From Carcharhinus amblyrhynchos (lineage: Eukaryota): a stretch of DNA of 64,000 bases. The position numbers were made by a program, and so were the translations under genes. Every line of letters begins with the position of its first letter. Within the stretch, counting starts at the first letter, position 1. Location of the stretch: assembly GCA_965287045.1 (NCBI GenBank), contig OZ336877.1, forward strand, positions 88,474,001-88,538,000. The letters are read 5' to 3'. Positions 37,523-50,547 of this stretch are shown here, in pieces. The notes below the pieces were generated by a model. That model made no database searches and was not told where the DNA came from. It saw only the letters and a list, made by a program, of their open reading frames with translations.

Positions 37523-38373
37523 AATGGAGATCCTGTGGGCACCTTGTAGGGTGATGCTTGGCAATAATAACAAGTTCTGGCAATCTCCACGGTGTTATGA
37601 AACGGATGGAAGAATTCTAGTAATCCATCGCTGGCCTCACCATGCCGTTTTATAAAAAGAATCACAGCTAATGAGGGCTGCACATGTTAATATAATTCAG
37701 CAGCTTTTTCCTCCTGTCTCAGTTCGATACTGAGTGACGAGTAAGGTGAGGGAATTAATTAATTTTCACTTTTTTGTGAAACCTATTAGAAAGTTTTTAA
37801 AAGGAATAAAAGTTGTTTCCACACTGACTTTAAAATTACAGGACCTTAATTTTGTGACATATGTAAAAATGGAGTTACTTCAGTCCCCCTGACATGGATA
37901 CTTTCCAGTATCCCTGGATAACGGTCTTTCTCTCTTTGCCCAGACCACTAACAGCCAGTTGTAGCACTCCCACTTCTACCCTGGATCTGTAGATCTGCTA
38001 TACATTAACTTAGCACTGCCATGGATTGAAGCTGGGATCTTCGTAAACTGACACTGAACAATGATTGTCCTGAAGAGTCATCACTTTATAAGAGATGGTG
38101 CTGTCTGAGAGGTTAGGTGGTACAATTTATGGTAGGATTACTTGCACACACAAAATTCTGCTGTCCTTTCCATATACCACAAAATTAAGGTCCCATAATT
38201 CTAAAGTCAATCAGTGTAGAAACAACTTTTACTTATTCCAAAAACTTTCTAAGAGGTTTTTAATTTTTTTTAATTAACTCACTAAAAGTGAGGGGGGGAG
38301 TTAGGGCAGAGATATATGTATCTAATGCTGTTAGAGTTTTGCCATTATTTACCCTTCTATGCTGGAATTATTT

Positions 38374-38478
38374 CAGTAAGAAGTCTCACAACACCAGGTT
38401 AAAGTCCAACAGGTTTATTTGATAGTAAACCCACAAGCTTTAGGAAACGCTGTTCCTTTGTCAGGTGTGTGGAAAGTT
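38374..38478 (-). mobile_element. short Penelope-like 3' fragment with degenerate hammerhead
   Basis: reverse complement cac-CTGACAA-a-ggaa-cagcgt-ttcc-TAAA-gctt-gtg...aataaacctgttggactttaacctggtgttgtgagacttcttactg; lacks the tail. Confidence 0.8.
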
Positions 38479-38658
38479 ATTTCAGTCAGTGCCCAGGTGG
38501 TGGTGCTGTTGAACTTCCTATGTGTAATTACACAGCTTTTGTTGACATTAGTGGAAATTCCCAGCCAAAATTAACCTGTGTAATTTCTATTTGTGATGCT
38601 TATTACAAAAACTTAAATGATTACTTGCAATAACTCTTATCATACATTGTCTTCACAG

Positions 38659-38779
38659 CCTGAAGTATTTATGGACTCCTTATGCCTGTATGTTCACTGC
38701 CTTTGGTGTTTGCTCTCCTGAGATCTGGATGACTGTATTTAAGTGGTTGCGACTAAGAGCAGTGCCTCCAGTGCTACTG
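38659..38779 (+). CDS. DPY19L4: DPY19L4 coding exon H
   Basis: cacag|C...CTG|gtgaat; 121 nt; [40 protein letters not shown]. Confidence 0.94.
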
Positions 38780-38875
38780 GTGAATTCAATATATTCCTTT
38801 AGATCTTGAAGACCATAAGATTTTTAATTTTTTTTTCTACAGGAATAATATTCGTTGTATTTCTTTTTAATTTAG

Positions 38876-38932
38876 GCACTTATGTTGAGTACTGCAGTTC
38901 CAACAATAATAGGGTTTAGCATGTGGAAGGAT
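38876..38932 (+). CDS. DPY19L4: DPY19L4 coding exon I
   Basis: tttag|GCA...GAT|gtgagt; 57 nt after a 96-nt intron; ALMLSTAVPTIIGFSMWKD. Confidence 0.92.
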
Positions 38933-39550
38933 GTGAGTACTTTTGCAAATTTCTTTTTCAGTGTTGTGATATATTAACAAACATCTTCATTAATCAGATG
39001 TGTTTTGAAATCATTTATGAAAAGTGGTTGGGCAGTTCAGACAGTGGGAAAATGTGAGAAAGACATTTCTGGGCAGCTGATGACCATTTTCTCTTTCTGG
39101 CCAAGCTGATGATATAGTTTACATGGTAGCTCAGGACTTGAATGTTGCTAGAAAAAGATATGCAGTCAAAGCTTTTCACCTTTCACAGGATGTCTCTTTT
39201 TTACAGCAATACTGATGGTATAATCTGCCTTAATTCACCTAAATATGACTACTTCTTGCTTGCTTTAAAGTAGGATCATTGAAGGTCATGAATAAACCCA
39301 ATGGTCTATGGTTTCAGAACAGTAAGAAATATAAAAGATATAGAAAGGAAGTAATTCGGAGATTAGGAAGACCAAGGAGAATGAAAGAGGGCTGTCAACA
39401 TACAGAGGAAAAGCCAGAGTTTTTGTAAGCATGAATTAGGTAAAAGAATTGTCAAAGGAGTGGGACTAAAAGACGAAAGATATCTAGTGTGCAAGGAATG
39501 TGGAAATGTTTAAGTATTTGGATTATGTTTATTATGATCATGTTAGAAAC

Positions 39551-40679
39551 TGTTGAAATTGAAATAGAAATCTGAATACCCAGTAATTAGTTGACAGAGC
39601 CACATAACAAGATTTCACATTTTTAGCCAAAAACAAATTTTATTGCATATATAAAGAATTAAGCAAAACAAGCACTAATAACTTTATCACTTATGTTATG
39701 AACTCAGTTCAATTTCCTACTTCACCGTCAAGAGTTCACTCATACATTACAACAATCTTGAAGGGTCACTCGCCTCCTTAGGGACCAACCCAAAGTATGC
39801 CACAGCCCTCTAGAATTTACTGCAATTCTCCTCAGTATTCCAGATTTCTCCAATGTACAAGGTTTATGACAATCCTTCCATTAGCTTTTGGCTAAGCAAC
39901 TTTCCCATTTTTACTTAAGGATCACATACCTGAGGATTCCTCAGATCCTTGTCCTAGCTGCCAGCAGATATAAAACTGCCTCCTCTCAGCCTTCATGGTT
40001 ATCTCTGCTGACTGCTTCCTGCCACAAGGATCTATTATGACTGCTGTAGATTTATTCCTCTAACTCCAAACCACACAAATCTTTCCCCCTTACAAACTTC
40101 AAACTGAGCTCAAGCCGCCATTTTGCACAGTGAATGATTAAGTTAGCATTTTCTCTGCTTAAGGTGCAGGCTGGGCTAGCATTCAATTTTGTTTGCTTTC
40201 CCGTCTCAGTGATTTGCAGCCAACCAAAAATCAAGTCAGCAGCTGCCTCTGTCTGTTCTCAAATTGAACTGCTACTTTTGTCAGCAAATACACAGATAAA
40301 TTAAACAAAGAAACCTTCTAACCCCTCTAGCTTATATGACAATGTGGCAGACTTTGGGATGATCCAAAACAGAAATACAAACCAACTATGTTTTACCCTC
40401 AACATTACTCTTTGATCTTGCAACCCATTTGAATAATTTATATCTTAGGATATATTTTCCCTCTCTCCAGGCTAAGAGGCCCAGTTGTTGTTTAAATATT
40501 TTTTCACGATCAACGTTGCCCTTATAAGATAAACACAAGTTAATTAAACTTAGGCTTGTTTGATTTGCCTTTACATTAGGCTGTGTATCAGATTCTCAAC
40601 CAGGCTTTTTCATTTAGCATACGCTTAACATTCAATTTACAACCTAAAAGTTATATTCTAAGCTTATGAATCATGAACA
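39551..40679 (-). mobile_element. putative old solo-LTR-like repeat
   Basis: tgttga...tcatgaaca ends, minus-strand AATAAA, sits between decayed CR1-like pieces; no TSD recognised. Confidence 0.3.
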
Positions 40680-40839
40680 AGATATTCTGCACATGTTTTT
40701 AGAGTGACTGTCTGAAGAAGCTGTAGAAGAACAACACCCAAAGATAAACATTGAAAAGAAATCTATTTTTTAAAATAAGTTTTAATAGTGGTAATGAGCC
40801 TAAAAGTAAAACAGAAATCGCAAGGTTTAGATGGTACAC

Positions 40840-41490
40840 GCCTAGATTTCATAAGCAGATTAGGGAAAAGCTAACAGAGGCACTCACCATTATTTTCAAA
40901 TATATTCAAATGTACTCATGTAACATGAAAAGACTGAAAGGTGTTCTATGTTATCCTGTTTAATAAAGGGGAACTAGATTAGCCAGGAAACTTTGGGCCA
41001 CTAAATAGTCTTGGTTACAAGAACGTTTCTAAGGCCCATAAGTTTGGAAGAAATGAGTGCATATATTGCAAAGCACGGGCTGATCATCAGTTTGCAAAAA
41101 GCAGGTCATGCTTGACAAACCTAATTGATTTATTTTGAGGAAATCATAGGGGATCTATCTAATGGGAATGTGGTGAATGTTTTTTTTGTATCTGGATATT
41201 CAGAAGTGTTTGATAAGGTGCTGCATAAGAGAATTCTTATAAATTAATGAACATGGTATCAAAGCAACACAGATAAAGTGATGGGCTGAGGCTCAAAGCA
41301 AAGAGCAAGAATTAATTGATTGTTTCTGAGATTAATATGATAGGCTTACAGTGTGCTCTAGGGATCAGTGATGGGGAAGGTCTCATTTGCCTAGAACAAA
41401 GAGAATCATATTGAAGTTAGTTGAAACTAAGAGAGGCTGGGAAACTGTCAGGAAGAATGCGGAAAATTAAATGAAAATGTTTATCATTTC
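40840..41490 (+). mobile_element. highly decayed CR1 RT fragment
   Basis: aggtcatgcttgacaaacctaattgatttattttgag (GRSCLTNL-like), tttgataaggtgctgcat (FDKV.H). Confidence 0.65.
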
Positions 41491-41818
41491 TGACTGAATA
41501 TTCCTAAGTCAGCAGCAATCAAGTTGATTACAAAGAGGCATCTCTGACCTGTCCCTCAAATGTACCTCCAGCCCAATCTCAAAATGTCCTGCTGCTCAAC
41601 TGTAATGCCTTCCATAGTTGAATTACCAATAAACTGGATTATACTTGAAAAATGGCCACTTCAGTGAGGTGCTGAAGGGTAGCTTGTGACTGTATTATGG
41701 GATGTCACTGCATCCAGGAAGAAGGGACAAGGCAAAATTATTTATAATGAGATATTTTACTTGTTTGTGTTAGTTTTGCTGATCATGATGTATTTGACTT
41801 AAAGTACTTGCACATCAG

Positions 41819-41901
41819 TTCTTTCCAGATGTAATGGCCGAACTCTCTGAACTTCAGGAATTTTATGATTCTGATACTGTAGAGCTGATGAGCTGGATCA
41901 A
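41819..41901 (+). CDS. DPY19L4: DPY19L4 coding exon J
   Basis: atcag|TTC...AA|gtaagt; 83 nt, phase 0/2; [27 protein letters not shown](K), DPY19 'EF.D.DT.EL..WI' motif. Confidence 0.92.
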
Positions 41902-43778
41902 GTAAGTTGTACCTTTGTGCGTGTGTGTCCATGTATTTATGTAAGCAGTAGCTGGGAAATTGGTTTCATCATCAATGAAAATGGGTTGGTGCAGCTGATA
42001 ATGAAGACGTGACGCTCACTGGGAATTTAGCCTGAGGTCTCATCTACAGGATCCCACAGGCAAGCTTCGGTGCCAGCTAGGCAACTTGATGCACAGCGTC
42101 AGATGATCCCAAGACAATTCAGCCAACATCAACACAGAGAGCAGCCCAATGGTACTTTCTGTGGGGGGGGGTAGTGGTGGTGGCAGCGGTGAAGTGAGGC
42201 TGGAGGTATTAATTATTCTGGTAGCAGAAGGGGAACACTCTAATTAAAGCAGAAAAAAGATAGAGAGAGACAATGTTTAAACAGGAGCAGGACAAAGAAA
42301 ATGACAGTGAGAAAGATGTGTACAGCTGTAGGAGAGAGGGAGTTGGATGGCCTATCAAGTGTTTAAATGGAAAGCAAGGAAAGTGCTTCATTTTACAATG
42401 TTAATGCCCCTCATCTTGAGGGAGAAAGAAATCTCCCAACCACACTTATAAGGAATAATTTTTGTAATGCAATAGTATTTTACCACTGCAGTATGAGATA
42501 TATATATATAAAATATATGTGCATATAAATATTTACATTGCATGTGAACCAAATGCAGTCAATTCAACTCAATCGAAATGCTATTTTGATCTAGCTTTAC
42601 TACTAATGTGCATTTAATTACCAGCTTTTGAATGTAACTGGGGACTCTCAATTTTAACCTAATTCTCTCAAGGCAGATCATAACCTCCCATTTGTTATCA
42701 AATATAGATGGAAAGCTGAACATGGTTGGATAAAGCGACAACAGTTGGTTGAGACAGAAACCAGATTATCTATCTGTACACTGTGGCACGTGTCATGCTA
42801 GAAGCTGTTTCATCAATCTGCACAATTGAACCTCTTCAGCAGATCCTACTCTGCATACAGCTGAGCCAGACAACTTTAGTTGAATACTCCAGCTTCATGC
42901 ATAATAGCATTTTAATTTGCTGCCTGACATTCTACTTTGTTACGGAAGCTACACATCCGTGAACCTTCCAAATACATTACCTCACCTCAAACTGTATCTA
43001 AGAGGCAAAATAATTGCATGTTCATACGCTAAAGCCAGTAACAGCTGGACAGGTCAAGTGCAGCCCATTAAAACAGTATTCAACTCCATTCACTGTAGTT
43101 TTTCTTGTTCACAATATGACTATTTTCTTTTGTCTGGTGATGGAGATAGCTAAAGTAATTTGCAGGCACTATTGAAAGCTATTTATAAACCTCAGGATTT
43201 TTTTCTATCATGTTTCTGATTTGATTTCAAATACTTATTCTTTACTTTGGTTTTTCTGCTTTTATAGTGCGATTGTCAAGCACAGACCCATTTTTCTCAT
43301 GTAGTAAGGGATTTTTAAAAATTATTTGATGGGATGTAGGTGTTACTGCAAAGGCTAGCATTTATTCCCTTCCCTAATGATCCTTTAAACTGAGTGGCTT
43401 TCTAGGCCATTTCAGAGGTCAGTTAAGTGTCAACCACATTATGGATGTGGAATCACATATAGGCCAAATGTAGTGTTTCCTTCCCTAAAAGACACAACTG
43501 AACCAAGTGGGTTTTTAAAACAAAAAAAAAATAGTTTCATGGTCACAATTACTGAGACTGGCTTTCAATTCCAGACTTTATTAGTTGAATTTAAATTCTA
43601 TTAACTGCCATGCTGTCCTCTGGATTGTGAGTGAAGTTACCACTCTGCTACCGTCTTTCCTGGTGCTGGTATTTAAAGCCTCTTTTAAGGAGCATGTCCT
43701 TTGCCATAATACTTATTAAAAAAAAATTGGGATCTGTCAGTAGATTCAGCTTTTTAACTAACATTTATTTTCAAGCTG

Positions 43779-43810
43779 AGGGAATTAGCTCAAATGGTAG
43801 AGTGCTCGCT
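43779..43810 (+). pseudogene. 5' half of tRNA-Ala(AGC) fused to a SINE
   Basis: agggaattagctcaaatggtagagtgctcgct matches the vertebrate tRNA-Ala 5' sequence as recalled (GGGGAATTAGCTCAAATGGTAGAGCGCTCGCT) at 30/32 and stops in the anticodon loop. Confidence 0.8.
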
Positions 43811-44063
43811 CGGGTGGCACAATGGTTAGCACTGCAACCTCACAGCACCAGGAACTCAGGTTTAATTTGGGTCACTGTGTGGAGCCTGCACATTCTCCTC
43901 CGGGTGCTCCGGTTTCCTTCCACAGTCTGAAAGATGTGCTGGTTAGATGCATTGGCTATGCTAAATTTTCCCACACTGTACCCAAACTAGGGGAATTTCA
44001 CAATAACTTCATTGCAGTGTTAATGTAAACTTATTTGTGACACCAATAAATAAACTTAAACTT
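43811..44063 (+). mobile_element. tRNA-derived SINE (AATAAATAAA-type tail)
   Basis: ggtggcacaatggttagcactg head, core, aataaataaacttaaactt tail. Confidence 0.88.
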
Positions 44064-44222
44064 AAAATTTAAAGAACTTGGAGAGGTAGTGGGATTGGTG
44101 CCTACATAGAATACAAGGCTATGGACAAAGTGCTGGAAAATGGAATAAGAATAGATTGGTGTTTGGTGGCCAATTCAGACACAGTGGGCTGATGGGCCTC
44201 TTTCTGTGCTGTAAAACGCCAT

Positions 44223-45078
44223 GGAAGCGATTCTCCCAAATAAATTCTAAGTGCTGAATTGGTGGGAAAAATGGTGTAATTCACGATTGTTTTTTCAGTG
44301 GGAGTTCAGACTCGAACCTCCAACACTCTGTGCAATGCAGAGGTCACAATCATGAATATTATTAAAAACTTGGCGGGTGGGGCCTATTCACACCAGACTC
44401 TGACAGTTTGGGAACTCTGAGCATGAGCAGTGACCCCAAACTGTCAGCTCGCAATTTGCTGGCCAGCAAAGGGCCAGTCTCGATGACCACCCCCCCCCCC
44501 GCCCAGTCCACATCCCTTGGTCGCCATCCCTGATCCAGTGCCCTGATAGCTGGTCTCCTTCCTGTTCCGATCGACCCCAATGCAGAGTAGCAGCGGGACC
44601 CTACCCTACAGATTTCCCGGTGAGCAGTGCCAAGGTGCCCCCTGGACATGAGCACTTTACTCCTTGGGCAGTACTGGGGGCACAGGCAGGGTGCCCATGC
44701 CCCCAGAGCACCACCACACTCCCCCGCTGCCTGACCCCCTGTGGGGCCCCAATTTGCCCCCTTCGCTCTAGTGGAATTTCCCACTAGTTCCCTGCAAGTG
44801 GAATTAAATTGTACTGGCAGAGTGGGAGATGCTATCAGGCCTGGAGAATTCAGCCCTGGGCCTGATAATCATATTCAAATTACATTAAAAATAGATTAAA
44901 ATGACTTACCTGGTCTTTCTGCCAGTTTCCAGTGTGGTCCCAACCGCGCCTGCTCTCCGGCAGTGGGAGACAAGCATGCATAGGGAACGCACGTGCGAAT
45001 CCCGCGAATCGGTGCACGTGCGTATCTCCTGTTCTGATCCACCAAAAACTTAGCGGATTGGAGTGGGAGAATCGCCCC
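44223..45078. mobile_element. non-autonomous DNA transposon (MITE-like, possibly PIF/Harbinger group)
   Basis: perfect 12-bp TIR gcgattctccca (44227-44238) / tgggagaatcgc (45064-45075); GC-rich non-coding interior; interrupts a CR1-type tail (..ctgtgctgtaaaacgcca | tatgactctat). Confidence 0.75.
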
Positions 45079-45521
45079 TTATGACTCTATAATTTTGATC
45101 TTTATACCAATAAAAGACACATCTTACCATTTTTGGAAATGAATGCAGTGCCGTCTCTCCCTCCTTCACATATGCCACATGTATAATTTTCCTGCTTCAG
45201 AAAATGGGCAAGGGATTGAGTGCTTTGTGACTTTGCACTTCATTGTGTGTGAAGTGCTTGAGGATGCCCTGACTGAAGTGATAAGGAGCTTTCTCGATGC
45301 AAATTTGTTCGCTCATTCTCTGCCTAAAGATATGAGGTTTTTCTACTCTCCAAAAACGTCTGTCTCATTTCAGAAGCTTACAGTTTTGTGTAAACCTCCT
45401 TTTGTATATCAGTGAGCCAGATTATTGGTGCCTTTACCTTCACATTTGTCATTTCTGTACTTTAAAGTTTGCAAGTTGTTTGAAAAAAGCTATTTTAATT
45501 TTTATTGCTCTTGTCGCTTAG

Positions 45522-45654
45522 AAGACAAACCCCAGCTGCTGCTGTGTTTGCTGGAAGTATGCAACTTATGGGAACTGTGAAACTCTGTACTGGCCGAACA
45601 GTGACCACCCATCCACTCTATTCAGATAGGGACCTACGAAAACGGACAGAGGAG
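45522..45654 (+). CDS. DPY19L4: DPY19L4 coding exon K
   Basis: cttag|A...GAG|gtaagt; 133 nt; [44 protein letters not shown] (AVFAGSMQL motif). Confidence 0.96.
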
Positions 45655-46366
45655 GTAAGTACCTCTTATTGGCTTGACAAAAATCATTCTGTGTTATATA
45701 CTAGTTATACTGGTGAGGCATTGTATTAGTTTGGCATTGAAACGCAACTGAATCAGTTGTGCATTTTAGATGCTTGTCTCTGTATGGACCCACCCAATGA
45801 TTCAATTGAAAGATGCGACATTCATTGTGGTACTGATAGGGGGAGGGGGGAGAGGAAGTTTGATTGCATGCTCAGTTATCCCCTTAACAGGGATCCAGAT
45901 GTAGGGCTCTTATGATTGGTCTTTGCACCATAGTCCAGGAAGTGGAGGGTAGGCCACTGACTGCTCCTGATTATTACGTTCTACTGAATCGTGTTGAACA
46001 GTGTCTGGCTGGATAGCTGGTTATTAGATGATGATACTGACCCACTATGATGCTCACACATTTCCACTTTATCCCTGCACTCTTTCTATGTTCATCCATG
46101 AAGAATGACCATTTGACTAAAATACTGAGGGGCTAATGCCTTTGGAGTCCTCTTCTCTCATGAATTAGCACTGTCTCCATAGAAGGCAAAAAGATTATGT
46201 TTTTGTTCTCGAGGTTAATGTTACTACAAGTTTAAATTTAAATACATTAATTTTTAGTGCGACGGGTTAAAGCAGGAACATTTCATTAGAGTGGCACATC
46301 CATGGTTTGGGGCTTTTGATGCCACTTTGCTGATTTGGTTTCAGAGTTCTATTGTTTTGTCACTAG

Positions 46367-46525
46367 ATCTACCAGGTGTATTCTAGAAGATCTGCTGAAG
46401 ATATTTATATGATTCTCATGTCGTATAAAACTGATTATTTCATAATTGAAGAAGGAATTTGTAATGACATGGGACCAGTGAAAGGCTGCCGTGTAAAGGA
46501 CTTGCTGGATGCTGCAAACGGCCAT
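46367..46525 (+). CDS. DPY19L4: DPY19L4 coding exon L
   Basis: actag|ATC...CAT|gtaagt; 159 nt; [53 protein letters not shown]. Confidence 0.96.
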
Positions 46526-46645
46526 GTAAGTTTCATTAAAGATCTATTTTCCAGTATTCGTGCATTTGTTTGGCAGGAAGAGTGAAATGGTATTTGGTTA
46601 TGATGAAGCATAATATGGTAATGAAAAGCCCCTAATTGTTCCCTT

Positions 46646-47249
46646 TGAATATAAAAGTAGGGAGGTCTTGCTGCGGCTGTATAGGGCAGCTGGAGTACTG
46701 TGTGCAGTTTTGGTCGCCGTACTTACACAAGGATATTTTGGCCCTGGAAGGAGTGCAGAGGAGGTTTACTAGGCTGATACTGGAGTTGAGGGGGTTGAGC
46801 TATGAGAGGCTGAATAAACTAGGCTTGTACTCGTTAGAGTTTAGAAGAATGAGGGGAGATCTCATTGAGACATATAAGATGATGAATGGGATGGATAGGA
46901 TAGAGGTGGAGAGACTCTTCCCGCTCAGAAAGGACAGTAGGACTAGGGGGCACAGCCTCAAGATAAAGGGGGGGCGGTTTAGAACGGAGTTGAGGAGGAA
47001 CCTCTTCACTCAAAGGGTGGTGAATCTCTGGAATTCTCTGCCCGTTGAGGTGGTGGAGGCTGCCTCGCTAAATATTTTTAAGACGCGGGTTGATGGGTTT
47101 TTGATAAGCGAGGGGATTAAGGGTTATGGGGAGAGGGCAGGAATGTGGAACTGAGCCACGACAGATCAGCCATGATCTTATTGAATGGCGGGGCAGGCTC
47201 GAAGGGCTGGATGGCCTACTCCTGCTCCTATTTCTTATGTTCTTATGTT
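46646..47249 (+). mobile_element. CR1 LINE 3' end
   Basis: LEYCVQFWSPY..RRMRGDLIETYKMM..FTQRVVNLWNSLP; tail tttcttatgttcttatgtt. Confidence 0.93.
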
Positions 47250-50200
47250 TTCTGAGACATTCTTGGCTTCTATTTTCTGCTCAGTTTCCATCTGCCCAAC
47301 GCTAAGTCCTGTGGTTATATTGTAGGAATTAATATTTTTATCAAAATTTACCTCAGTAATTGGGAGGAAGTTTCAGCCCAAGTTTCCCTCATTTGGCTTT
47401 AGACATATTAGATGATACATTTTGTGTGGTAAATGTCTTTTAGATTTCTCTTTACCTGGAGAAGTGATTTGTATAGTTTATTACCTCAATGCAAACACCC
47501 CAACCCCAAGCCTAGGCCATCAGTCTTTTGATTTTAAAGTTGCTACTTTTTGTTGCGATTTCATAGAGTTCTAACACATTCTCACTCCTTACAGTTCTGA
47601 CAAAGAGTCAAAAACTCAAAAGTTGTGAGTTTCTGGAGTCTGTTCCTCAAAAGACAGTGGAAGCAGAATATTTGGATATTTTTAAGGCAGAGCTAGATAG
47701 GTTCTTGATTAACAAGGGGGTGAAAGGTTATTGGGGATATGCGGGAATCTGGGATTGAAGTCACAATCAGGTTAGCCATGATCTCATTGAGTGGCGGAGC
47801 AGGTTTAAGAGGCTGGAAATCTGAAATATTTCCAGCACTTTTTACTTTCAATGGTGGAAAATAGTTTCAGTTCTGATTTCAACTTCCACTGCCTAAGGAT
47901 ATATCCCACAAGATATACTTCTTGTTTTACAACATTCTATAGCTTTTTAAAATTTATTAATTTATGGCATATGGGCATCTCTGGCAAGGCCAGCATTTAT
48001 TGCACATCCTCAATTACCCTTAACTGTGCAGATTACCAAACCATTTCAGAGGATAGATAAGAGTCAACCACATTGCTATGGATCTGGATTCACAAAATCC
48101 AGACTGAGTAAGAGCAGTAACTTCCTTCCCCTAAAGCTCATTAGTGAACCAGATGGGTTTTTACACCAATATCGTGGTTAAAAAAATTAAGTGACAGTTC
48201 ACAGTTCACATGGCAGATCACATCACATCAAAGATTTTCATAGACTTTTGTAGGTTAAGCAAATACTATAATTCTGTAATTATATAATGGATATTAAAAG
48301 CTTTTCTATGTTGCCTTGAGGCACTTCATTCACATGTCTTTTATGTATCTGCATTATTAATGTGTACATAGAATATACAGTGCAGAAACAGGCCACTTGG
48401 CAAACTAGTCTATGTGTTTTAATGCTCAGTCAGCCTCCTCCCATTCCATCTGCCTTATCTCAGCTTATCAGCAGACCTTTCTATCCCTTTTCACCCTGTA
48501 GTTGTCTGTTTCCTGCTGAAAGCATCTAAACCATTTGTCTTGAACATTTTTTAATGGTAGCACATTCCACATTCTAACCATTCTCTGAGTAAAGACTTTT
48601 CTCCTTATTTCCCTATTGGTTTATTAGTATTCGTCTCATTTTAATGCCCCCTAGTTGAGGATCCCCCCACAAATGGAAACATTCTCTTCACCTCTGAGTC
48701 TTCTACTTTTACAAGAACCCCACGCTGTTCAATATTGCTTCATAGCTGTAATCTATCAGTTCTGGTATCATCATTGTAAATGTTTTCTGAACTTTCTCCA
48801 GAATTTCTCTGTCCTTTTTATGGTACAGAGGCTAGGACTCCTACACAATAGTCTAAACCTGAGCAGAACCTGTACAAGTTTGACGTAATTTCTCTGTTTT
48901 TAAATCCTGTACTACTAGAAATAAATGCTAATGCTTTGTTAATATTTTAATTTATTTGCTATTTTTAAGGTACTGTGTTTTAAATACCAGTTTAAAAATT
49001 AAACTTATGTCCTTTTTAGCATTGAATATATGTCCTTTTTTAGAACTGGAAGAGAAAGTAAATCACCAATCCTGCTATCAAAGTAGCATTGCATTTTTGT
49101 GCAGTATTTCTGATAAATATATGCTGGAATGCTTTCCTGATGCTGCTGCAGTGAATGGAGTTTTGGCTGAGTGCCAAATTCTCCATTCTCGCTGGCAATA
49201 TTGGCGGGGTGAATGAGAATCCTGCCCATAATGTAAGCCTTTTATCACATGAAGAGAATTGTGCATCTGGAGCTAATCATTTTGAAGTGAGTTTAATCAG
49301 CAGTTGCAAAAGTAGTTCTTCTCTATATATCAGAGAATTTTGTCTAAAGGCAGCAGTTAGTTGGAGGGCAGAAAGGGAAAGATATGGGAAAATTCTTGCA
49401 CTGGAAGAATGCGATGAGCGGCATTGCACAGTGGTCTCCGTCACTACTAGTGCGTAAATGGTTAGACGCAGTGGAAAGAATTGAATGATCAATGTCAACA
49501 TTTTCTGGTGATGCTAAATTGATGAGTAATACACATTGTGGTTGATCGAAAGATGGCAAAGAAACGTTGTAGGATGAAAATTAGATTGCTTTGAGAAAGA
49601 GAAATGGCTAGGCACCCAAGTCAGTCTGTCAAGTTCCCAACCCAAAAATAGTCCCACCATTCCAGCAGGGATTAAGGTTAGAAATTTCTGGCCATTGAAT
49701 AAGCAAGGAGGTAATGTTGAATTTGTACAAGAACTTAGTTGGACTTCATTTAGATTATTGTGTACATTTGGGAATTAGAAGGAATAGTGAAACACATACA
49801 TGTATTCACAGAACTATTATCTGGGATGATAGGTTACAGTTATGAAAAAAATTTGAAAATTGGCAATTTTTGCTTTTGTTGAGGATAAATGTTATCCTGA
49901 AAAGTGTCCTTCAAAATGATGGAGTGACAATAAGATAAGTAATGATGGATTGTTTCCTGTAGTAGTTCAGAGAGCAACGAAAGGGCAGAAAGTTATGATA
50001 ATTGCAAACCAAAGGGGTTAGAAGCAAAATATTTACACAGAGGCTGATTAGAGTGTGAAACTCTGCCACAAATTGCCAGAATAGATTTCATAGCACTCTT
50101 TAAGGGAAATAAATGAAATTGTCCTTCTTGTGTATCTAAATGATAAGGGAAGTGAGTAGAGGATTGGTGTTATTCTTGGCTCATGCACAAAAACATAAGT

Positions 50201-50373
50201 GCAAACTTAAATGAGCTTAATTTTCCTGTACTATAAATAATTTGAAAGTGAAACTCTTGAATAAATCCCTATGCTTTAGCATGTGAAGGCCGCTGTTTCT
50301 GACTGTTTTTGATGTGAATACTCACTCTGTGTTGGCAACTGCAATTTTATTTATTTTTCTTTTCCTTTACCAG

Positions 50374-50547
50374 ATACTTTATGGTGAAGGAGACAGCGAT
50401 GCAAACTATGCATTTTCCCTGTATGGACGATTTTGCCATGAGATTAAGCTGGACTATTCTCCATATGTCAACTACTTCACTCGTGTTTACTGGAATAGGT
50501 CCTATCGTGTGTACAGAGTCAATACACTGATATCATTTCAATACTAG
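50374..50547 (+). CDS. DPY19L4: DPY19L4 terminal coding exon with stop
   Basis: long pyrimidine tract, accag|ATA...TAG; [57 protein letters not shown]; C-terminus [24 protein letters not shown] is characteristic of DPY19L4 as I recall it. Confidence 0.96.
   Translation: MLYGEGDSDANYAFSLYGRFCHEIKLDYSPYVNYFTRVYWNRSYRVYRVNTLISFQY

Noticed and set aside
43779-43850. Intact tRNA gene
   Set aside because: Only the 5' 32 nt are present; no anticodon, T arm or acceptor 3' strand
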